From contig NC_068997.1 of NCBI RefSeq assembly GCF_001194135.2, forward strand, positions 56,853,147 through 56,917,146: a DNA stretch of 64,000 bases. The letters are read 5' to 3'. The notes under the pieces are model-generated. The model was not told the DNA's origin. It did not search any database and was given only the letters and a program-made list of their open reading frames with translations. A program made the position numbers and the translations under genes. Of this stretch, positions 53,697-64,000 are shown in pieces. The stretch is from Octopus bimaculoides. Its lineage: Eukaryota. Each line of letters begins with the position of its first letter. Position 1 is the first letter of the stretch.

Positions 53697-54619
53697 GTAA
53701 GACATTCTACGCCCTGCTGGCATGGGAAAGGGTTATAAATCATGAAGAAGGCAAGCACAGATTCTGAATTTTACCAGTGATATATTGTAAGAAAGCAACA
53801 GCGAAAGAATTGTATGATATCAAATAGATAAAATAGCAAGAAGTAAACATTAGATGAAATGATACGTATCGTCAGTGAGGGAGCCTCTTTGTAGCCATGA
53901 TTCAGATAGAAATCACACACGCACGCACACGCACACACACGCACGCACACACACACTAAATCTTAAAAATAGAAAAATTACCTAGTTCTTCGTAATCCCT
54001 ACAAAACTATATAAATACAGATAAATTGTGTTTTTTTTCTGTTATCCTTTAGACAGTCTAAAAAAAATGGCTAAGAAAATTGTAGGCAAAGCAAAGACAG
54101 TTGTAGAGACATGTAGCATGAAGACGACATGTCATTTTAAGAATGGAAAGTGGTAGCTTTCATTAACAAGACAAATACGTAGAAATGTATACCATCATGT
54201 CATCAAAATTATATCCATTTACATCATCAAGACAGCAAACAGTAACAAGTTATACCATCGAGAAATGAAATATGTTGCGATGCATACTAATAACAGCAGT
54301 GATATATGGTATATACCATTAAAATCTACAATTGTAGATATTTATAGCTTCAACATTATAAATGAGGGCTATAAACATAACTCTATCTCAGCAGTTTCAT
54401 AAGTCATAAAAATTTGCTGTTTCTTTCTTTTTCTTTGATTTGGTTTCACTTTGACTGCATTGCTTTTTATTTCGTTTCGCTACTTGATAAAGTTCGGGCT
54501 GCAGAATTATTCAAGATCAAATATTTGAATAATAACAGACACAAACTTTCTCTTATTCCCCGAATATCTGTTTTCTTCTGTGGGTTATGTTCTCTCTCAT
54601 TGCTTTTTCTATTGTCCAG

Positions 54620-54746
54620 CCATATGAATAGTGAAAAATTGTTAAAGTTCAAGAGAATGTTGTATAATTTCATAAATTCTAAAGAAGAGGAAATGGCATT
54701 GTCAAGAATACAAATCACAGATGACAAGTTGGAACAATTTTGTCTG
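54620..54746 (+). CDS. Candidate coding exon (127 nt), unidentified protein
   Basis: Long polypyrimidine tract ...tttctattgtccag|C and donor CTG|gtaaca. Only one + frame is open: xHMNSEKLLKFKRMLYNFINSKEEEMALSRIQITDDKLEQFCL. Confidence 0.55.
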
Positions 54747-55509
54747 GTAACATTGAAAGTGATAGCTAAATGACTAAGTCAGAAGCAGACACAGTCGCAC
54801 ATATTCCCGCAAACACAATCAGACACAGACATTTATACTTGTGAGTGGACGTATATACGTGTGTGTATTTATCTATCTATACACACACACACTTATATTC
54901 CCGATACTAGCACGCAGAATCTCATAAAGACACACATACAAATGCATGCAGCATACATTTTCTCATGCACATACGGAAGTTCACATCACTGCATACAAAG
55001 ATAAGTGATGACTATATACTCATACACAGCCGTAAAGGCAAATACCTGCACTCCCACCCACACTTCTAAAACCACACGTTCTTATAAATATATGCACATG
55101 CACTGATTGACAGTTAAAGGTGTGTCCTCATATGCAGTTTAGCTCACATAAACGTTTGCATGCAACTATGCATAGGAACCATCTATATAAGGAAATAGGA
55201 ATATACAGAAAACCGTCACATATGCACATTCACATCAATTTGGTAAATAAACATTAACGCTTACAGATATACACACAAGATCTATATTGAACTGAAGGAG
55301 AAAGGGGTAAGAGAAAATGAAAAGAAAATGAGAGGGATTGTTTGCCAATGTGGATAACCAATAAACTTTATGAAGCCTGCAATCTGGAGACTGAGCAGGA
55401 TATTAATGAAAACAAGATGAAGCTTAATAAGTTATAATTGAAATCAGTTTCTAGAAATTGTCAAGTGACTGTGATGCGTGGGTTAAATTGTTGTAAAGAT
55501 TTGTTTTAG

Positions 55510-55527
55510 GCTGTTACAAATGTATTG
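55510..55527 (+). CDS. Candidate 18-nt microexon (AVTNVL)
   Basis: tttgttttag|GCTGTTACAAATGTATTG|gtatgt. Phase 0 to 0, compatible with the upstream exon. Confidence 0.3.
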
Positions 55528-55685
55528 GTATGTTATACAATGAGAGCGATTCATTGGAGACTTCAGGTCCATATGAAAGGAATATTCTTCAGTGAATGCT
55601 GAGATATTTTTCTCAACGAATAATTACTGAAATTTTACTGAATGCATATTAGTCCCTGTACAGGAATCTGTCTGTCTCTGTATAC

Positions 55686-55737
<52 letters not shown>

Positions 55738-56269
55738 TATAAGGCAAAATTAATAGCAGACACAGAAGTGACGGAGGGTGCTGACTAACACCGCTTATAA
55801 TAAAATGAATTAACTCCAAAGCTACTAAAGCACTATACTTAATGACTAGCGAAGGGAGGTAAGTCCTTAACGTATATAGCCGTATCGCGATTTCGAATTT
55901 TGGTATATACCACCTTAATTCTCATCAGCGGCTTTTAACGCCAACGGTTAAACTCAATTTCTTTTGTCAATCTTATAAGAAAACCCACTCAAAACACGTG
56001 CTGATTTTCAAGTCATTGAGTATAGTATTTAAGTTGCTTTGGAGTTAATTCAACTCCTATTTTAGCATAAGCGATACAAGGCAGTACATTCTTGAATTTT
56101 TATGACTTCTATTATTTTAGCCTTTAGGTTATAATTGCTAATAAGCCAGTCTTTTAATTTATCTGATACAAGCAGAAGTGCCCGGCGTTGCTCGGGGCTG
56201 AATTGCTTTGAAGTACTCTTAATGATTCTACTCAATTATGATTATTGAGGCAAAGATTGATGTAAGTTT

Positions 56270-56940
56270 ACGCCCAACCAATCGATTTGCAACTGGATAG
56301 AAAGCCCTGCAAATAGCATTGAAACACTCTCAGTAGGGGGTAACAATAGAATGTGAGGAGGCCCTGGAAAGGCTGTGTTATCGTTCTCACAATTGTAATA
56401 ATTTGGTAGGTAGTCCTGGAATGGTGTGTAAAACGTTCGCTGGTGAATACGGCGTCTTCATTTTCCACCGTAAATACCAATATGAAGTAACAGAGAACTG
56501 GTATGAGCATGTACCAAGTAACGTTATGCAGGAGGATGGAAAAGTAATGATAATCTGGGACTATAATTTTTCAGACGGATCATGTAATCGAACACCGTCG
56601 GCCGGATATTGTCTTATTGAATAAGAGAGGCAAATACTGTCAGATCATTGCTATAACCATACCAAATGACATGAATGTTGTGAGTAAAGAGGTTGAAAAT
56701 ATTGCCAAGTACTCCGAATTGAAAGTGGAAAGGGCAAGACTGTATGGAAAGTGGGTAATGTAAAAGTGAGCGTTGGGCTCAATCCCACTGAAACTTCAAA
56801 ACTTAAGGCAACTGAGTATTTTATGCAAGATTGATGTCTTGCAAAAAGCAGCCCGACTGGGGACAGCGCACATCTTAAGGAAAGTATTGCATCGAGCTGT
56901 ACCAATATAATGTAGGATAAATATAATAATAACAATAATA
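56270..56940 (+). mobile_element. R4/Dong-clade non-LTR retrotransposon 3' end with restriction-like endonuclease, decayed
   Basis: WYEHVPSNVMQEDGKVMIIWDYNF/QTDHVIEHRRPDIVLLNKRGKYCQIIAITIPND...KEVENIAKYSEL...DVLQKAARLGTAHILRKVL, followed by a (TAA)-like tail near 56925. Frameshifts present. Confidence 0.85.
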
Positions 56941-56999
56941 CTTGGATAGAATTTATAAATATTTTATGCATCGCTATGCGCGTTTCCATAGATTAAGTG

Positions 57000-57181
57000 G
57001 TCTCTTAAGATCACAGTCCGTATTACTGCAATGATTACAGTGTAACATTAACGGATATAACATCCATTAATATCATATCGACTGAAGAAATGAATCCATG
57101 AAGATCATTAACCCGATGCCCACTGATACTACAGATTATACTGTAAATATCCCAAGAATGCGGACTGTGATCTTAAGAGAC
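57000..57181. mobile_element. 182-bp MITE/foldback element with 25-bp terminal inverted repeats
   Basis: gtctcttaagatcacagtccgtatt (57000-57024) and aatgcggactgtgatcttaagagac (57157-57181), 24/25 complementary. No clear TSD. Confidence 0.7.
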
Positions 57182-57279
57182 ATGTAATTTGTGGAAACCC
57201 GCGTAGCGATGCAAAATATTGATAAATTCCATCCCAAAATTATGTATATATAAACAAACACATGCATATGTATATATTC

Positions 57280-57428
57280 TTTTTTTCTTTTTACTTGTTT
57301 CAGTCATTTGACTACAGCCATACTGGAGCACTGATTTTCATCGAACAAATCGACTCCAGCACTTATCTTTGTATGCCTAATATTTATTCTATCGGTCATT
57401 TTTGCCGATTCGCTCAGTTACGGCCACA

Positions 57429-57464
<36 letters not shown>

Positions 57465-57645
57465 TATATATACACACACACATACACACGACGGGCTTCT
57501 TTCAGTATCCGTCTCTACGAAATCCACTCAAAAAGCTTTGGTCGGCCAGAGGCTATAGCAGAAAACACTTGCGCAATATGCCACGCAGTGAGAGTGAAGG
57601 CGGAACCATGTGGTTGGGAAGCAAACGTTTCACCACACAGCCACT
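57280..57645 (-). mobile_element. Bipartite tRNA-derived SINE with internal (CACG)n/(CA)n
   Basis: Reverse complement of the 6165-6596 family. Confidence 0.9.
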
Positions 57646-57737
57646 CATATTAATGTTTGTATACTTGATACTGACAAATATAGAGAGATTGGTTGAAATA
57701 TCGTGTTTATGTGTAACTGAGAATTTATTCATTTCAG

Positions 57738-57788
57738 ATTTACCAGCTTAAAAAACTTCAGCGAAGCATATTTTGTGCTCGTGTGCGG
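57738..57788 (+). CDS. Candidate coding exon (IYQLKKLQRSIFCARVR)
   Basis: tttattcatttcag| strong acceptor, phase-0 open frame, donor CGG|gtgtga only moderate. Confidence 0.25.
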
Positions 57789-57853
57789 GTGTGAATGTTA
57801 TATCTGTGAAATTAGACAGGCAAATATGAGTGTGTGCATGCGTGTCTTTATGT

Positions 57854-57898
<45 letters not shown>

Positions 57899-58335
57899 CC
57901 CGTGTTTCTCTGTATGTAAGCAAAAAAGAGGTATGCATACATGTATTACCTTCTGTTATTCAAATGGTGCTCGGGATTTTACTCTAGAAAATAAAATTAA
58001 TGACTATTGACAGAATCACTTTCTCCCCAATATTTTATTTAAATTGGCAACAAATCCAATAATTATGCGGCACGCAAAAAACCTTTTACATGGAAAATAA
58101 ACAGAAAGCATATACATCCAAAGATACCAGTCTATGTATGTATGTAATCATTATATACATATACACACACATATGTATATACATACCTACGTATGCATAT
58201 ATATATATATGCATATATATANNNNNNNNNNNNNNNNNNNNNNNNNNNNNNNNNNNNNNNNNNNNNNNNNNNNNNNNNNNNNNNNNNNNNNNNNNNNNNN
58301 NNNNNNNNNNNNNNNNNNNNNNNNNNNNNNNNNNN

Positions 58336-58367
<32 letters not shown>

Positions 58368-59149
58368 CTATCTATACATCTATCTATCAATTTGTCTTTC
58401 ATTCCCTGTATACATGCATACATAGAAATATGCATACATAGAAATATGCATACATACATAAATGTGTCTGTATATGTATGTACGTATGTATGCATTTATG
58501 TGTGTATGTGTGTGCGTGTGTATATGCAGGTAGAATTAACAGATTGGATGGATGGTTAGACAGCCAGACACAAGCATGTGTTGATATTCTTTCTTTCTGA
58601 TTGCATTTGATACTTGTATGCAATGAAGTTGATGAATCGCCATGGAAAAAATGATGTAAATATACAGAAGCAGGTATAGGGAGGAGTGGAAGTTGAAAAA
58701 CCAAGCAAATGCATGACTCAATAGTTACGAGAGGGTAAGAAGAGAACTGGTACAAAATATAGTAAATTTACTCTAATTTAGAAATGAATGCCTCTAGTTT
58801 GCTTTCAAAAAATGTTACTCTGAGATTAAATTTGTGATTGATAGTGAATGGAATATGTTTTCAAAGTAAATCTTTAGAAAAGCTGGAAAAACTATAGCCA
58901 ATAAATGTTCTTCGAGTATTCACCTGTACAGCGACTTTTTACCTTGCTACTCTACGAAATGACAACATTAAAATAGTAATTTTATTATCAATACGAATAT
59001 GCTTGGCGTATATTGAAACCGGTGAACAAGCTACTCACTGTGTTTTGTCAACTGGAAAAGTATGAGAGAATTAGTCTCTTCAATCACCTCGTAGCGCCAT
59101 TTGCCCGGTGTCTGAAGAGGAGGTGATAACTACTCTGAAATACTTGCAT

Positions 59150-59660
59150 CTAACGGTTTGGGTCTGTAGCGCTGCAAGCTGATATATTTTCCGTCACAAA
59201 ACGCATTCAGCAGCTTGTTCTCCGGTTCGAACGTTCCCCAAGCATATTCCGACTGTAATTAAATTACTATTTTCCTTACCGTTACTTAACGTTGCTCCTC
59301 AGAAAAAAAACAAACAAACATTAAAGTTACAGTGGAATGGATAATATCGGTTTTTGCTAGAAGTAATGCGAGTAAGAGAGGGCTGCTAATTCGACGCAGT
59401 CTTCTTTGCTAATAAGTCACTATCTGGTAGCTTTCAGCGTTATCATTCTTACCATTCAGCCTTAACCTTAATTACATCTTTTGTCGTTAGTCTAAATTTT
59501 CTAATCGCGAGAGATAATGTACCAATGTTCTTGTTCTTGCACACATCTTACATGTTGAGTGACGTTAATCGATGAGGTGCAACTAAAATGATGTCATCCA
59601 ATCCTAACATTTCGCTGCTTTTCCTAATTATTTGTTCATTTCACACTGACAAACTTCAAT
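59150..59660 (-). mobile_element. Highly decayed CR1-like LINE 3' region
   Basis: Minus strand: LVHYLAIRKFRLTTKDVIKVKAE..., QPSLTRI..., RFVTENI. These appear in the order expected for LEY..WNP..KDI.KLE / LPSL.YRR / FFTERI. Confidence 0.33.
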
Positions 59661-61405
59661 TGTTTAGGGGATTGCCTCTCCCTGATTTCTTTATCATATT
59701 TTCTTTTCTTTTTACTTCTAGATTGGTCATGTTATCAGCGGATATAGAGCGAAATTTCTGACTAATTGGACACCAGTTTATTCAGGATTCTATTCAAAAT
59801 GAAAATGAGAAGTGACTGACAAAGTCTATTTGTTTTCTTAAGAACACTTTGAGTCGTTTGCGTCAAGTTTCAAAATAAATTCATGTCTGCCTCAGTATTG
59901 TTAGTTACAATTCTATTTGTTTTCTATTGTACAGAAGACGGAAGGAAAAGAATTATTGTTTTGAAATGCATGCTGATTCTATTTGCTTTAGATTATTCCT
60001 GTACAATGGCACCATTTAACACTGATATAACATTGAATTGTTGAGTGACTAGTCAGCAGGTTGTACAATAACACTAATATCCCGTCGTGTCTGTGTAAAA
60101 ATTGCGAATCAGTGAAACTAATGCACATTATCATTGTTACGTTTTTACAAAAAACGTTTTACTATAAGTCGTAATGGTAAATCCGAAACATCAAGCAAGA
60201 CAGTAATTAAAGTAATATTGCTACAGAGGGGGTGGTAGTACTGATGTTCAGTATAACAGTGTCCTAATGTAACTAGTAGACCTGCTCTCAACAGAAAACT
60301 TTCAGCTGTCCGTGAATCAAAATTGAATTCAATTACAAAGAGAAATGAAACGAAAAAGACAAATCTCGTAACATCTAAACTAGAAAACTTCGATGTGGTA
60401 TGGATAAAAAGGGACCAGATTTAGGGTCAATACATTGAGTAGTGAAGAGAAAATTCTATAATCTGCATATTTGGTTAAAACTGAGAATATGTATTCCTAA
60501 TATTGCCTTTGCTTGTATTCTCGCGAAGTAAATCTACTTTAAACTCTGTAAATTCTAACAGAGCTTCAAGAGCCCGGTGGAAAAATAGAAGAAAAAGAAT
60601 CTTAATGATGGCACAGCAATGACTTGCTACTCATTTGGCACATTCGCCATTTTCCCGAGAACAGAGAGTTTTGAAAGTAGTATAACAACTGGCTTAGCAG
60701 CTCTCCTTCACAGTTTGCTAATGTTACCGGCAGACTATGGTTCACTACATTCTCCTGTCTGTAACTCATCAGATTGCAGCATGGCCCAGTTGATTTCCAG
60801 GACAATAACATATTTATAATTTCCTTATATGCTTATGATTCCGTGTAGCCTTTATGATTTCCTTACAATTTTAGAGAATCTATTTAACTGTACTCACGTG
60901 TACATGCCGAATAAAAGACCTGGAATTAAGTCTGGTTTGTTTATATGATATGGAATAACCAGGGAGGAATTTTCTTTTGTGTTTTTTTTTTTTGTTGTTT
61001 TAGGCTGGGCACACAAGAACGGAAAGCAAATGATCTCGAGGAAAAACTATCGAAAATATTTAACTGAATCTCGTTCACATAAAGATATAGGGAATATGTA
61101 ATACAAACGCCTTGTCTTTGTGGGTGGGTATGTATATATATATATATATATATATACATACATAGGTAAAATCAACAGCAAAATACCTTTTACTACTAAA
61201 TTCTGTATTTAGTCGTATTTGAACCACGGTCTTCCCAGATCCATACTGAGAATATTCTATATATGCATATATCTGTGTCTGTCTATATATAATACGTATG
61301 TATTTGAGCATTTGTGTGTTTGTGTGCATGAACACATGCATACCACACATACAAACATACATGTATACACACATATTTCTTTATGTATTTGTTTATCTGA
61401 CTATA

Positions 61406-61450
<45 letters not shown>

Positions 61451-62571
61451 TTCGTAATTTCAATAACAGTTTCCCTGTAGGCAACTTACTTTAACTTATT
61501 GTCAAGAAAAGTAATTAATTTCTAAGTAAAAATTCAATGCATTGACATTTAGACTCTAACTGTTTGTTATACATTATTACTTTATTACTTATCGCTCAGC
61601 ATATACCTACCATTATTGCTGCTGCTATTATTATTATTATTATTATCGGCGTTGTTGTGCTTATATAGTTTTTGTATGTTCAGGGATATTTTATTTTATC
61701 ATTTAATTTTGAATCACTTCACAGTGAAAAGGAGAAACAAATTTTGCTATATTTTGGTTTCTCTGTTTATATAATTGTTGGAGTAAGTTGGTCATGTGAC
61801 ATTTCTCTGATTGGCTCTATATGTATGTATGTGGTTTTGTGTTCGTTTGTGTGTATTTGTGTGTTTGTAATTATATATTTGCTTTCACGTATGTGTGTAA
61901 GTTAGCGTGTGTTGCTGAGCATGTGTTGATATACGTAAGCTTGTGAATATTTTAGTATGTGTCTATATGTGTAAGGATACATGTATCTGCGTCTGTAAAA
62001 GGATTAGCGTAAATATATTAGTGCGCTTATGTACAAGTGTGTGCGTGTAAGAGTGTATGTCCTGTGTAACTATGTGTATGCGCCTGCATTACTGTCTGTA
62101 TGCACTTGTGTAACTGTGTGTATGCAAATATGTCTGTGTTTGTGAATGTGATAGCTTACGTCTGTTTAAGTGATGCATTTGTATGTGTGCATGCGTGTAC
62201 GCTTCCTTCTCTGGACCTGTACGTATGAGTCGGTGTGTGTGTGTGTGTGTGTGTGCATATGAGTGTGTTTGTGAATGAAGCTAGGGTTATTTTTGATTCA
62301 TTTTATGCCTATTGTTTCGATAAAATATGAAACAAATTGGTTTTGTTGCTTTTGTTTGTTTCTTATGATTATATATTTGTGAGTTTTTTTTTTAATGTCA
62401 CGCTTGTATAAGTCTAAATATCATTCAGTCATATTTTAGTTACCTTTATTTTAAACACACATCGGTGTATGTATCACTGTGCGTATGTGTAAGTGTGTAT
62501 ATGCATATATACACGTATGTGTATATAGATATATATATATTTGTGTGCGTATATGTGTGCGTGTATATATG

Positions 62572-62602
<31 letters not shown>

Positions 62603-63857
62603 TGTTGATATATATACGTACAATGTATAGCAACACAACACCCAGAGTGTTTATAGTGTTACAGTATTACTCGTGTCGTAGATCTTGTATTTTATAGTGT
62701 ATGGAGACTCTAGACTCAATCTGACAACCGTACTTTCAATATACGTATGCTTGGATACATAGTTATATAGATAGATGGATGGATGGATAGATAGATAGAC
62801 GGACAGACAGATTTCTGTTAATCCTCCTACTGAGGAAATCCGATATAATCGCTCAAGATTTTATAACCCTTAACTGCAGTAGTTTTATATGCCACTCAAT
62901 ATTTTATTTAGGAATGTCATGTCCGAAGCAACTATTTTTATGTTGAAATATGTCAAGCTTATGGAGGCAAAATTACAGTAGGTTCCAATTCTATATAAAT
63001 TTTTTGTGTGATTGGGAGTAAATATTTGACATTATTACTGGAAATACTATGAAATTTAATTTCATCTTCGCTGAAGACACCCGCTGGGAGGTTGTCGGGT
63101 TATAGCATGTGGAAGTTTCTGTCTAATGTCTTAGAACATATACAATCTGACCTTCAATTTATTTTCTGCAAAATTCCACTCACTCTGCATTAGTCGACAG
63201 GTATCTGTGCGAGGGTGAACTGATATTAAGATCAGCTTGAAAGCGAGGCAGATGCTGCAACAATGACTTCTTAACTGCATAGCCATGCGTGCACACAGTT
63301 ACCCCCAAATACTTTTCTGCACACTGCTACCTTCAGATGCTGTTTGATGGACAGCTGGCGTATCATAAATATTTATACAAAAGTCAAAACTTAGTCTTAG
63401 AGGACGAAACAACGTGATTATAATGTAGGAATTACCTTATGTATCTATTAATAGTAGCTTTAGGACAATAATTATTTATTGCTAATTAGTTCCAAATAGT
63501 ACTCCGTTTCCTTAGGTTTGGTTGGATGTTATTATTATCTCAATAAAATAGACAGCAGCTTTTCTAAATGTGGACAGTTTGAATATTTCAAACTGTCATC
63601 ATATTCCTACTCACTGGTAACATAACACATTTTCCACTCAGGCATCAGGGAAAACCGTTCTTATTTCGGAACAATTGTTTACATTATTTGAGTCATTATC
63701 CTTGATTACTTGTCAATTGTTGACAAGAACAGTCGACCATGTCTGTGATGGCACGAGATCTTCAAGAATAGGTTTTCAATTTTGTTCAGGCAAAATATAA
63801 AACCATTTAAAAAAATATATACACTCACTTATATACATTCCCCTCTCTTTCTCTCTC

Positions 63858-63901
<44 letters not shown>

Positions 63902-63963
63902 CATATGTCTACTTATGTTTTTGTCTGACTACCTGTCTGTTTACCTCCGTGTGTGTGCAATAT

Positions 63964-64000
<37 letters not shown>

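Noticed and set aside
59280-59297. Minus-strand 18-nt microexon-like site (ttttctgag|...|gtaagg)
   Set aside because: Lies within a decayed LINE 3' region, and no other minus-strand exons were found to accompany it.

Overview
AT-rich, microsatellite-dense metazoan genomic DNA with several N-gaps. The SINE families and composition suggest a coleoid cephalopod, most likely Octopus (inference from recalled families, no search run). There is no long intact ORF, and most ORF-track entries are microsatellite or gap artefacts. Supportable content: (i) several tRNA-derived SINEs, including bipartite copies with an internal microsatellite; (ii) LINE fragments, namely a young CR1/L2-type RT split across an 815-nt gap with its two pieces in opposite orientation, older CR1-like APE/RT/3' relics, and an R4/Dong-type element with a restriction-like endonuclease; (iii) two maT/mariner-type transposase relics, a piggyBac-like MITE and a 182-bp TIR element; (iv) short splice-site-bounded candidate exons of an unidentified + strand gene or genes (about 20.5-24 kb, 33 kb, 45-48 kb, 53.6-57.8 kb). 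The most unusual stretch is a 2.3-kb island (25189-27450). It has decayed similarity to Polinton/Maverick-type packaging ATPase and penton proteins, and it contains a 48-bp inverted duplicate whose 5 mismatches all fall at synonymous third codon positions. All protein-family calls are by-eye motif recognition and need HMM/BLAST confirmation.
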